NCBI RefSeq assembly: GCF_902652985.1
Contig: NC_047016.1
Span: forward strand, 35,526,001-35,590,000
Source of the DNA: Pecten maximus
Taxonomy: Eukaryota
DNA length: 64,000 nt
Direction of reading: 5' to 3'
Part shown: positions 51,679 to 64,000 of the stretch, piece after piece
How the letters are laid out: every line of letters starts with the position of its first letter
How positions within the stretch are numbered: position 1 is the stretch's first letter
Made by a program: the position numbers and the translations under genes
Notes under the pieces: model-generated
Seen by the model: only the letters and a program-made list of their open reading frames with translations
Told to the model about the DNA's origin: nothing
Database searches by the model: none

Positions 51679-54600
51679 CGTCATCATAAGTTTGATATCA
51701 GTAACTAGTTCACAGCAAAATGTGTAGCTTGTTTCTGTATCGCTTTCAAGATATTAACAATACGTGTAGTTCATAAGTCTGTCCAATAAATAAACGAGTG
51801 ATCAACAAAGAATAAAGTATAATTTTCCTTCGTACAATGTATTTAATAGATTCCCTATCCTTAAATTAAGTCATAAATCAGTGGACTTCTTTGTCCAATT
51901 TAACTGCCATCATACATTAGTAATAACACGTTCACTCTGGCCTTGGCTTTCGTTGGGGTTGATTAAGTAAATGGGTAAGGTTTTTCACTTGACTAGAACT
52001 TTTAAGGATTCTTACCCCTTTTAAACACTTTGTGAAGCGACATAAATGCCCCTTTTTTAATAGCCACCGTACACCTGACGTATGATACGTTGTATATTGT
52101 TACATATTCTCTAATATAAATATCAAAAGCATGCATGCTGCAAAATTCATAGATGTGTGTTTTTATTATATGAAAACAATATTTTAGTAACTATCTATCT
52201 CTGAAAAGTGAAGGATTAAAATACAATAGGTGATGAAGTGGGTACTTACCAGTGCGATGATGACGGGTATATACAGCACAACCATGGGTAGGCATGGAGT
52301 ATAGAATAACCAGGGGTACTGTTGATAGGAGGCCACATTTAGGGGGCACTTACCTTGAACATATATTTTCAAAATGAATAGATAAATTATAACGAAGAAA
52401 ATAAAATAAAATTAATATATTTAATCAGCTACAACAATGTACCAGATCAATTAAAATATTGCAATGGAAATGAGGAAAAATGAGAAAATCCCCACATGGG
52501 TACCCCTCGCCCTAATTTAATCAATCCGAAAAGACAATGGGGGATTTACCCAGTACAATGGTCAAATGAACGTCACACAAAGCGGGTATGTAGACCTCGG
52601 GCGACCGGTGCGTTTTTAATTGAGATCATCTTGTAGATATAGGTGTTGTATCGCTATACACCACAGTGTTATATCGTACCGTAGACTAGTAGCCATACCA
52701 ATCTATACAATTCCTTTATATAAGCATTACACAAATGTCGATTTTATCTGAGGTTTAATTAGTGACATGTTAAACGATAGATATATTACTCTACTCTATC
52801 AGATATTTTATTTTGATTTAATCACAATTTTGTAAGTGTATTTTGCGATATTGTGTTAAACATATCTCACCCAAGAACTGGATATGTAATTATAGTTAAC
52901 ATATCCACAGGCGTCTGTTTCTGGTTGGTATTTGTATCAAAACATTTGTCCCTGCTCTTTCTTTATAAACGGAGTAGGGGCTTAATACATATTTTCTCTA
53001 AGTACTAACCAGAATCAGACGCCTGTGATATATCTGAGTCAGTGTTCGTATAGTTTATGGTCTCTTTGTTACAAATGGGTGTTAGGAGGCTAATTAGTTA
53101 TAGCAGTACAGAAGAAATATCTATATACATAATAGAAGATTTAAATAAGTATAGTGACACAGTAATTAGTATCCATATATATGTTCGCTTTTATTACTTT
53201 CATACATACATAAGTTTCTTCAGTATCCAGAAACCTTAAGATATTATTTCGTGGAGATGGATTTAAACTGATGAACCCCTATTATTTTTATATCATATAT
53301 TTTGACACATAGTCACTGTATTTTATTGGTTACTTAATTAGCTCAACTATAACATCCCCACTGAAGTAGCAGGCAGAGTTTTAATAATTTTCTCTGATTA
53401 TTGTTTTTGAACCTGTCCATTTGCCCCGACGTGTGCACTACTCTTGCTGTTTATAAAAAAATATTGTCGTATAGGCACTCGATTCCTAAACGACACATAC
53501 ATTTAGAATCCTTGAACCTTTCATGGAGAGGTAGAACTTCCTCATATTCGACTATTCTCTTACTCTGTCATCAAAGGACTGGCAACATTCCTTTATACAA
53601 ATATGTGTTCCTATAGCGAAGTGATACAAAGTCCAGAAGTAAAATAAGATTATATGCATGAAATATCCTATTCAGCAGGCTATCCTTATTCCTCGAAGTT
53701 GTAAAATTGGATGATGCCGGCCATTATTATGTATGATTCATTTTTTTCTTTTGTATTTGATGTTTTGTTGCCACATATTAACAGACGTCATTGTACTTTA
53801 TATTATTATTATTTCTATAATATACATGTACATCATATGTGAAGTCATTAAAATATTTTTCAATTGTTGTTTACAACTTTTGTTGTTGTTGTAAATGTCA
53901 ATAACGAAATGACATTTAGTAAAGTTTCAATCCCTTGTTGTTTATCTCATGATGTACAGCAAATCAAGCTTTTCTTTTTATTACCATATAAACCAAAAAA
54001 AAAGATATGTACATGTATTAGCATTAAACTATCTAGTCAATGTGTAATCTAGCATTTGATATGATTTATATTTATGTTATAAAATGATATTTTCTTACAC
54101 TTTCTGATTGGCTACAATAGTTTCATGTGATTCTCGATAAAAAGTCCTATTGACAGCAATGAACAAATTATTTCCGATTAACTTGATGTTTCTAAAAATA
54201 TATTATATAGTATTATATATTACATGTATATAGTTATGTTCCCTTAATCTTGCATTATTTATGAATTTGTGTGCTCAATATATTTTAATGATATAAGTTT
54301 ATTGGATCGGTTCTGTAGCGTGAAATATCATCATATATATACAAAAGGTTATCATGCAAGGCTGCAGTATCTGTAGATGTGCAAGTATACTAATATTCAA
54401 TGACAAAAATAAATTTTTTTTTAAAAAGTAAAAAAATAAAAAAAAAATAAAAAATTGTCATTTGATGTCAAAATTAGTTTTCCCTGATGCATCTTTAAAT
54501 ATCTCCACATAGACAATCACGATAGATGTTTTGTTTGTACTATGATTTGCATTCAATGCAAATATAGGGTAAAGAGAAAAGAAAAACAACGCTACTTCGA

Positions 54601-55790
54601 TTATTCAACTTCATTTTTTTGTTACATCCATTATCGTGTAAATGCTATATTTGTGTTTTACAGCTATTACATGTATATGTATTTTATAATCCACATTCAC
54701 TTATAAACAAATAAAAATGTATCAAGCTTCAAAGCGAGTCCGTTTAACAGCAAGCATTGGCCCCAGACGCGGGTAAATGTAGTCATGCTACCTTACAGCG
54801 GAGCCAAGTTCATATTATTACTAGTGGCACCGTCAGCTCCTTTGAAGTTCAAATGATGGGACATTTTAATCTACTGAAGGCAAAAGTTTTCTGTCTGTAA
54901 ATATCATATGTCATTGGGTAGGTTAAATGATATACACCTGTAGTTTAACGCCACTCTGAGTCCCCGAACACCTCTTATCACCTTCATCCTCGGCGCTCAG
55001 AAACGTTAAGCCTGCGCATTGAATTAAGTCTTAGTTACGCCGCTATGATATCTAGATAAAACATATCCTCATGTCATAATGTGAGTGTGGATCAATATGC
55101 CAGTTAAGGATTGATTTTGAAGTTGAATCTTAGCTATAATGTGCAGGTTGACACTTAAAATAAATATGTACATGTATTACATTCGTCGACTTATTTATAC
55201 ACTTCAGTGCTTACAAATAAGATATTAAAAGAAAGCAGAAATGTAACAATACATTTTCAAATTATTATTTCATAATTGCCAAAAATACCATACAGAATTA
55301 AATAGAGTTGTTTTTATCGTAATTGAAAAATAATATTTAGTATATTGAAGAAAATAATGTTTATACTTAGTTATTTGAGCTATTACAGCGCAGGTGTAAT
55401 TTCTGATGCATTCACTATGTCCTCCTAATCTCCACAAGTCTTTAATTACCAAGGAGACTATAGATCATACGTACCCATGAAATGTCCAGACAAGGAAGTG
55501 ACGTAATCGCAATAAAAATATCGGATTGATATTGACGCACGCATACTTGCGTACAAAAATATTTACTGAAAATTGCAGTACATGATCGAAAAGGGATTGA
55601 AGAGGAAATCCCCGATACCCTTCGATCGTTGCCATCTTATATAATTAAGTTATCATATGGCATAAAGATGCTTTTAAAAAGGATTTCAAAGAAATTGTGT
55701 CGCACATCTGTCATAACAGTCATATCAAAAGGTAAATAAAGCATCACTTTGTTCTCAGCAGGCAACTTAAACAAGGAATCCATATGTATT

Positions 55791-55946
55791 CCTGAAAATG
55801 TTTATGGTACATCACATGACAGATCAACCCTGAAAATGTTGATGGTATATCACATGACAGTACAATCCTGAACATGTTTATGGTATATCACATGACAGTA
55901 CAACCCTGAAAATGTTTTAATATGGTAAATCACATGACAATACAAC
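55791..55946. repeat. 38-bp tandem repeat (4 copies) overlapping the stop codon of the 170-aa ORF
   Basis: CCTGAA at 55791, 55829, 55867 and 55905. The last copy contains the codons for CIVM-stop. Confidence 0.9.
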
Positions 55947-56442
55947 TGTTGTTTTCGGCCTGTCTTTGCCGTTGTCTGTTTCGGGCCTCCATTTGGTTCT
56001 TCAGTGTTTCTATTGGTTCCAAGTAGTTTTTCCTCAGCCAGGACATCTTAAATGTCATAATGTTGTTAACACTCCGATTTCGGCCAGCGATCATAATACT
56101 TTGACTGACGACAAAGCGGTTTCGCACAGCGGTTATCTTGTAAAACTCGTTACTACTGTCTCCACACATAGCGTCGTCCTGAAAGATGCACTTGTTGATC
56201 AGGATGTCTGGAGATATCAGCAAACAGATCATGAAGAGTTGATTTGTCTCATCCTCTGACAATGAAGCATGATTTTGATACCTTTTCAGCCGATTGATGT
56301 TTGTGCCAGGTTCGTTACCAATATCAAGCACGGTACAGACTGAATTCAGATAATACATGAGACGGGCTTTAGCGTTATTGGGAACATTCGCCGACACTCC
56401 AGTCCTCTCTACCTGCATTTGAAGTCTCCCGAATGCTGCCAT
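55930..56442 (-). CDS. uncharacterised intronless 170-aa protein with C-terminal CaaX motif (CIVM)
   Basis: Intact ATG ORF in good context (AAAGATGG), higher GC than its flanks, protein-like composition, basic RNRQRQRQ stretch before CIVM. Family not recognised. Confidence 0.75.
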   Translation of the reverse strand: MAAFGRLQMQVERTGVSANVPNNAKARLMYYLNSVCTVLDIGNEPGTNINRLKRYQNHASLSEDETNQLFMICLLISPDILINKCIFQDDAMCGDSSNEFYKITAVRNRFVVSQSIMIAGRNRSVNNIMTFKMSWLRKNYLEPIETLKNQMEARNRQRQRQAENNSCIVM

Positions 56443-56962
56443 CTTTCTCGTTTTACACGATGTATGTAGTAGTCAGTGGATTGGTCACAACAGTTAAGAT
56501 TCTATACGATAAAGAAACCGTAAGAACAAGTAGGGATTATATACAGGAATATCGCGTGCTTCCCAGAAAAAAGTACTAATAAGGAAATCTACTTGTGCAT
56601 TTCTTAGAACGCTACCGGCTGACCAAGAGGCAATATCAAGTTTAAAAAATACATGCCTTATTTGGGAACCAGGAAGATTATTATATTTAGGTGACATGTT
56701 TGTGAATGTGTTTTATATTCTATACATTGTTTCACTGGAAAGTTGCCAGATACCTATGGTTCGAAACAAATATCGCTTCCTATGAATGTGAAAGGAGTTG
56801 GTTGATCCATGAGATATTTTTTATGGGCCCAAATTGGTCTTTTTTTAACTGTCCTGGATTGTTCAAATTGTGATATTCTGGAGAAGTTGGGAGAGACTAT
56901 ACAAACTCAAAAACTTAAAAACAGATTAAGGATATAGATACCAAACGTCATTTATGACTAGA

Positions 56963-57178
56963 TTTGTTTGGTTTTGTTTAACGTCCTATTAACAGCCAGG
57001 GTCATTTAAGGACGTGCCAGGTTTTGGAGGTGGAGGAAAGCCGGAGTACCCGGAGAAAAACCACCGGCCTACGGTCAGTACCTGGCAACTGCCCCACGTA
57101 GGTTCGAACTCGCCACCCAGATGTGGAGGGCTAGTGGTAAAGTGTCGGTACACCTTAACCACTCGGCCACCGCGGCCC
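56963..57178 (-). mobile_element. tRNA-derived SINE with V-like central domain
   Basis: Same family as 36948-37166, with A box TGGCCGAGTGG and B box GTTCGAAC. TTTATGACTAGAT before and CTATGACTAGAT after suggest a TSD. Confidence 0.92.
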
Positions 57179-58050
57179 AAAAATCTATGACTAGATCTAG
57201 AAAACTGCCCTGGTATAATTATAATTATTAACTCTGCTTTTTATAACATTATATACTCTATAGCCTTATCTCTGAATGGCAATTTGGTACCAGGAATGTG
57301 TATTCAAATATGTGTCACTGGAATTTGAGCTCGATTGGAAAGGATTGCTCTATTACTGGTTCTCATTTATTCGATTCGTAGGTTTTAAATTTCAACTTTA
57401 ATATCCAATTAGCTAGTGTCGTTGCATGAAATGAATACACCACCTTGTTGCATTGTGACCGTTTTTATCGATTGCATTTTCTGGTTATGGCAGGTGTCTA
57501 AATTGACTTACCTGAAAACATAAAAAGAGGACACACATTTTCCAGAACCCTAAACTTTAATCTGTAGATCTATTGTGCCTTTGTGTGTCTGATATGTGAT
57601 TTACATTACATAATTATGCATTTAGTTACACACAGTGGTAGGGATCGCGCGATCTTGAAGTATGTTCATATCATGGGCATGTGTGACCACACAGGAAATG
57701 ATTACCTATGTGTTGAATGTTTATACTGGGATATGATGTTTGCATATAACCACCTGCATTTGAATGTCTCACTGACTTGACTGGTACCTCATTAATAAAG
57801 TATCTTTATCAACATTGCCTGTTGCCTACATGGTTGTCGGTTACCGAATGTCTTGGTAATTGTAGTAGTACGTGTTACTTATCTGTAAATTGAAGTATAA
57901 CAATTTTAAATCTAAGGCCATGACCCTCATTTCGATGTCATCCATATCATATAAAATTAATGTATCAATTTCGAATCCGATATTTGTAATCCGCTTTTAT
58001 CATTTGAAGTATAACTGAATACTAATATGATTTCATCTGGAAAAAAAACA

Positions 58051-58070
58051 ACACACACACACACACACAC
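58051..58070. repeat. (AC)10 microsatellite
   Basis: Read directly from the sequence. Confidence 0.95.
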
Positions 58071-58393
58071 AACGAATACATGTATTTGTTTTCGGGTAAA
58101 TTGCTGGTTTGTATTTTAATCATGCCTGCTTCGTAATACGGCTCCAAGGTTAAAGTAAGACATATAAGGACTGGCTGAAAGTTTACTAAAACTCGTTTTA
58201 AGTAACTGGATACTACATCTCATGCTTGTTCATTTTCTTATTTTTACGAGAGTTTTGAAGAGACTTTGTGTTGTGAACATTTGTCAGCAGAGAGTATTAC
58301 TCGGGACAAAAACAGTTACATTGGTTCTTGGAATGTGTATTCGTAGACAACTTGTATATAACGGTATACTTATGAAGATGTTCAGAGCATTTA

Positions 58394-59720
58394 CGAGGGG
58401 TGTTCCAAAATAATGTCACTTGCATCGGTGCTCATATAGCGGAAGTGCTTTTGTTCATTTTAATTTGCTCTGCCCTTCAAAATACTCTCCGCCAGCCAGA
58501 ACACACCTTTTTAGCCGGTCAATCCATTTTTGGAAGCATTTTTCATACTCTTCAATGGGTACACCCATCAGACACTGATAAACAGCAGACCCAAGGACAT
58601 TTCTCGAAGTGTATCTCCTTCCAGATAAATGATATTTAAGTTTTGGAAAGAGAAAATAGTCGCAGGGGACGAAGTCTGGCGAATACGGAGGGTGCGGAAG
58701 GACGGTAACCTTCTCTGACTCCAAAAAGTCAGTCATAATACGTGCCTTGTGAGCGGGTGCATTATCATGCAAAAGTCGGACATACTTAAGTCCTGTTTTG
58801 GAGCGGCGACTTTTGTAGTAGTTCTTCAACTTTCTCAGAACAACGTTTTTATAGAACTTGCCTGTGCCCGTTCTGCCTTTTGGCACCGGGATTTGAATAG
58901 CTGGACCCTTATGAGTGAAAAAAAAATAGCATACAAAACATTCTTTACCGTTCGTATTCGTTTGGCAATACTTGGGCGTCTGGCATTTTTAGTGGCCCAT
59001 ATTCGGTTGGCAACCTTCCGCTTTGGTTCAAAATAATACACCCATGTCTCATCACCAGTGACTATATTATCAAAAGCCTTTTTACTATATTTTGGGTACA
59101 TTTTGAGAAGTTTTTTTGCCATTGTTACACGCGTCTTCTTTTGCTCATCCGTTAACAAATGGGGTATCCATCTTGCATTTATCTTTCTAACTTTTAGGTG
59201 TTTCTTCAAAATTGCATGAACTCTTGCTAACGACAAGTTTGTCATTCGAGCCAATTGTTTTACGGTGAATCGAGCATCAGTTTTGAGGATATTTCGGATT
59301 TTTTCTATGTTACCTTTGGTCGTAGTTGTTGCTGGACGACCTGGGTGAGCAGCATCTTTCAGTTGCTGCTGCCCAGCACTAAATTTACCTACCCACCTAC
59401 AAACAGTCCTGTGAGACATTTGGCCCTCCCCATAAATGTCACACACCTCGCGGTGAATATCTACAGCCTTTATGCCGAGTAATGACCTACCTTTTATATA
59501 GGCCCTAATTTCAAGAACATTTTCAGCTCGTTTTCCTGTCATTTTGTGTCTAGTCTTTGAAACGATGTACACTGTACTGAGGCCAGTGAACGTGTGGACG
59601 AGATATTTACCTGTGTCACGAGCCAGTGATCACTCAATCGACACGAGGTGGTTTTGTGCATAAATTGCACGATTTCCGCGAAATAAAGCACAGATGACAT
59701 TATTTATGGAACACCCCTCG
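58394..59720 (-). mobile_element. near-intact mariner (DD34D) transposon
   Basis: TIRs CGAGGGGTGTTCCA(T)AAATAATGTCA at both ends with TA TSD. Transposase 59572/59542-58455 has WIPHLL, TGDETW, HDNAPAH and YSPDFVPCDY, split by one frameshift at the A9 run 58918-58926. Confidence 0.96.
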
Positions 59721-59809
59721 TATGTTTGTGGGGTATTTATATCTTTGGTGGCATTCAAAAGAAACATAAAAATGTCATTTATTTCAATTTAAAGTCGAAC
59801 ATAATGGTA

Positions 59810-61062
59810 CAGTGGTCCCCCTATTTACGACCACTCTCAAGAACCACCACTCCCTGTATGCGACCAAGTTTCGCGTTCACCGACGTTTTCCAACGATAAA
59901 TTACCCCTTCTAAACGACCACCCCGCTAACCCGACCAACGACCGCTTAATCATGTCCCAAAAACGTGAAATGTACTTTGGTATCCCTCTCGTGAACGACC
60001 AAGATTTTTGCAAAGTTTCATTAAGACATTCAAATGATAGAATAATCAATAATAAAAGCGTGTAACGTCCAGCTCATTGAAATTCGTGGACCCAGGTAAA
60101 ATTTGACACATTGGATTGACAGGTTGTTTACACTGCGATAGCCAGCTAGTGAGCTGTTTTGTCCACCGATGTTTTTACAAACAAGATAATTACTCCTACC
60201 TTTTGTAGACAAATGGTTTGTTGTGATTTTCACAAATTTAATATATTGTGGAATCTGTATACAATGTATCCATTATACAAAGCTATTATTAAATTGTACG
60301 TACAACATAGGACTACAGTATACGAAGCTAGACAACGTGATGAAATTTCATTAGAGTGACCTCCCCTGTTACCTGTATGCGTGCGCATCGTTGTCGGTAA
60401 TGAAAACAATTTATTACAAAGATGGCTGAACATCCTCAGCAGTCAGCAAGAAACGAAAAGTTTTTACACTTAAACAAAAGATCGGTGTTTTAGAAATGAT
60501 ACACAATGGTGGTAATGCAAGAAAGATTGCATCGGAACCAATGTCGGTAAAACGCCGAACTCAGATCCCGAGCTTGGATTATTGTTTATTTTCTCTTCAT
60601 TCGGACTTCGGCTTACAATAACAGATTAAAGTATTTTTTCTATAACTAGTTTTGTTGGTGCTTTTCAGCTATTCGTACCTGCAAATTTTCTGTATTTTTA
60701 CATTAGAGATCGACGTTTTTCAGGGATGAGGGGGGTAATTTTGTGGATCCTGCACTCAAGCGTGCCTATTTACGTTTTTTGCTTATTATTCGAGATATAA
60801 CGTCACACTTAAATTTTGTGAAATAATTTACACATGCAACAAGTAAACCAAATTCAAAACATTACTGACAGAGAACATTTAAAAACACATTTTAACTTAA
60901 CACAATGAATTGTCTATGTATATAATGTAATATGTACTAGCTTGTGTGATCATTGACTTCACTGACGTCACTCAGATGACAAAACTTTCAACAAAGACCA
61001 CCCCCGTTATAAGACCACCTGATGCCTGTCCCATAGGTGGTCTCATAAGAGGGGGACCACTG
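59810..61062 (+). mobile_element. pogo/Tigger-type non-autonomous element with a CENP-B-like HTH remnant
   Basis: TIRs CAGTGGTCCCCCT...GACCAC with TA TSD. 60422-60556 translates (with frameshifts) as KKRKVFTLKQKIGVLEMIHNGGNARKIASE..VGKT. Confidence 0.85.
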
Positions 61063-61589
61063 TACTGATCATTCACTGGTGTCTTTCGCTTGGTTTAGTA
61101 TTTTCATTTAAGCTATATTTTGTCAGTTATGCTTGCCAATCTGTAGTATAATTGTCTGAATATGAATGTTATAGGTCATCGATTGATCTGTGACCGAATT
61201 ATTCGACGACCTTGTTTCGTTGGTGAGGATTCCCAGACTGACTGGGTAAACTACTGATATACTATGTGTTATTACCTACCCAGATTTATACACCCAAATA
61301 TTTCATTTGATCTCTTCAAAAATAGATTTACTTTTTCGCATATATTTTGTGGTATAATATTTTCTGTTTCGCATTTCAATCAAAAACACAGTAAAGTGTG
61401 TCTAACTACGTTATACTTCCTATATTACCTTTCTGGACAGGATACCTTTAGATACATGTTTAAATAAATAAACGTGTATTTCATTGTGAGCCAAACGAGC
61501 TGATTTTAGATAGGTTTGTTTTCTAAAGTATGATTATATTAAGCCCAGAATTACCGGCCACATTTACGCCAATGTGAAATACCCTATGT

Positions 61590-62230
61590 GTTTTGATGTT
61601 ACAGTACGTTATTCTTTCGTCTCATTATGTATAAGTTCGTTTGACATTTGTCTTTTGATGCTATATAACGTTATTCTTTCGACCCATTATGAGGTTGTCC
61701 CTTTGTCTTTTTATGCCAGATGGCGATTTTCCTTGGATTTTTTATGCTACAATCCGTTTTACCTTCGTCGTTTGATGCTACAATACGATTAACCTTTTGG
61801 TGAAAATGCACATTTTACCTTTGTCGTCTGATGCTACAGTTCGATGCACCTTTATTGTTGACGCTATATCACGTTTTACCTTTATCGTTTGATGCTACAG
61901 TACGTTTTGTCTTTATCATTTGATGTTACAATACGTTTTAACTTTGTCGTTTGAAGCTACTGTACGTTTTACCGTTTTCGTTTGATGCTACAGTCCATTT
62001 GTCCTTTGTCGTTTGAAGCTATAGTCCGTTTTACCATTTTTGTTTGATGCTACAATACGTTTTATCTTTTTCGTTTGATGCTACATTCCGTTTGTCCTTT
62101 GTCGTTTGATGCTACAGTCCGTTTGTCCTTTGATGCTTCAATACGTTTTACCTTTGTCGTTTGAAGCTACATTCCGTTTTTCTTTTGTCGATTGATGATA
62201 CAGTACACCTTACCTTTGGTTTTTGATATG
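61590..62230. repeat. 31-bp minisatellite (~20 copies)
   Basis: Unit TTTGATGCTACAGTACGTTTTACCTTTGTCG. Confidence 0.9.
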
Positions 62231-63629
62231 ATATTTATCTTTGCCTTTGATATGTTGACCATTTTACATGTTGGTTCGACATTGTATAATCTTGTCGCAT
62301 TTGAAAGCTATGACTCTGAGAACTTCGTGTATATCACAGTTTAATTCGTTTAAATGCCAGTTATATCAAACATAATATAAATACCAGATTGAATACCGGT
62401 ATTTGTTGAACATATTGATCATCTAACGTTTGTCTTGAAAATCAAAATACATCAAAAGGTTATCGATACATGTACGCATGAGCACTTCAAAACTATATTA
62501 GTTGTTTTGGATTCAACCTTTTCGTCTGCAATGTCACTGACAAGTGCCATAAGGACGAAAAACCTGAATAATGCAATGGTATTGCTTGTCTTCCGACTAA
62601 TACAAATTAGAATGTGTTTGTACAATACGTAATCTAAGACTTCGTACATACCAGCCTTATATGGTAATTAATTAATGCAGGAACACAGATTTTCCTCATT
62701 CAGAATTTGTAAAGGGTTTCAGCGATCCACCTTACTACATAAACTCATTTATTGTCTCCCAGAGTTAACGTGTACAGGATATTATTGAGGACACCATCAA
62801 TGTGATATAGCAACGCTATGGAAGTTGCCATTACTAACTGTATGAACGGTATTAACGGCATGAACGGCATTGATATATATTCTGTGAAGGCGTTATAATT
62901 GGGTACACCACATTTTTGGACTATTCAATCAGTTTATTGGAGGTCAATATTGAAGAAATATACAAATGGACTCCGGATATTTTCTATTAAATATCATGAC
63001 TAAATATAGGGAAGTATCAGTTACCTCCCTTTCTACAATAAACTGCATACATAGTATATACAATGCACGTATGATGTCTCGTTAATCAAAACATTTTATT
63101 TCTTTATTTTTCATCTTCCTATGAAAAATAGACTCCTCAAGGCAAAATCGTTTATACTGTGTGTATCGATCAATGGATAAATCTACAGTGTTTTGAGGTG
63201 TGGGTATCTTTGTCTTATTGTACTGTCACAAGCTGACTTTAACTGGTAATGTATGTGTGTACATGCATGAGCGGGCATGACCTAGTTAAAAGGCTTTACG
63301 ACCCGAATATGTCGCCGCAGATTTCCAAACATATACAAGTGTTTTCCAATATCGAATGTACAGTGTAACGGCCGGTCTGAGTAATTAATGTCATTATTCA
63401 ATATCAATTGTCATTTCGTGAAAAAAAGAAATACCGCAAAATAGTTTCAAAAAAGTTAAATGGCTCTTACACTGCATTCGTCATAGTCTACGTAATAAAC
63501 TAACACCCGGCAGATAAGGGGATGTATTATGCAGTAAAGTATGATTAATGTAAATTAAATGCATTCCAAAGTATGGTCTATACTTCAGTCATTCTCTTGG
63601 ATGAGGCTGCAATCATCATTTGCAATGTG

Positions 63630-64000
63630 CTAGGAACTTTCTGGTTCGGCAATGCTGTATTTTCCCGAGCCCAACGATTCCTTGGGAGTTGGGCAGGGAT
63701 CTGCTTCCAATTCTGGTGATTCTTTGTCGGACTTTGTTCTTAGTTGAGATTCTGACGTGCCACAATCTGTCTCCGAATAACTAGAGTCACACGACTCAGA
63801 CGGTTGTTTTTGTGATTGCATCAAGGGGTGATTGGTTTGCAACCAGGCGTCGTTTTCACAATATGGGAAAACGCGATACCTATTTCGACATAGAGAACAG
63901 TGTTCACTCAATACCACACGTCCATTTTCATTCCAATTCTCTTCTTCGTTAGCCAGATGTACGTCTCTGATTTCTGAAATTTGACGTGCGATATTCAATT
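63630..64000 (-). CDS. probable 3' coding end of an unknown gene running off the window
   Basis: Open frame to the window edge, Ser/Glu-rich low-complexity C-terminus, higher GC than flanks. Confidence 0.5.
   Translation of the reverse strand, partial: LNIARQISEIRDVHLANEEENWNENGRVVLSEHCSLCRNRYRVFPYCENDAWLQTNHPLMQSQKQPSESCDSSYSETDCGTSESQLRTKSDKESPELEADPCPTPKESLGSGKYSIAEPESS

Noticed and set aside
36948-57178. tRNA genes at the SINE heads
   Set aside because: A and B boxes are followed by a V-like domain and simple-repeat tail, with no complete cloverleaf.

Overview
AT-rich, intron-containing eukaryotic DNA. A bivalve mollusc is inferred from the repeat families and gene set. I reconstructed six complete genes by hand from GT-AG boundaries and reading frame: two tandem SLC16/monocarboxylate-transporter paralogues (minus strand), a 9-exon RABGGTB (plus strand, head-to-head with the second SLC16 gene), two tandem secreted EF-hand genes (minus) and a single-coding-exon B-box/coiled-coil/beta-propeller TRIM-like gene. 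There is also an intronless 170-aa orphan ending in a CaaX box (CIVM) and the 3' end of an unknown ORF at the right edge. Introns and intergenic DNA hold many transposons: Tc1, two mariner families, pogo/Tigger, an intron-containing Crypton-type tyrosine-recombinase relic, a 54-bp MITE with a 9-bp TSD, V-domain tRNA-SINEs, Helentron-like elements and a LINE RT fragment. The most unusual pattern is that four separate tandem arrays have units copied from an exon terminus (one splice acceptor, one splice donor, two stop-codon regions), and three of them clearly decay away from the exon. A deleted mariner copy also carries two oppositely oriented telomeric-repeat inserts.
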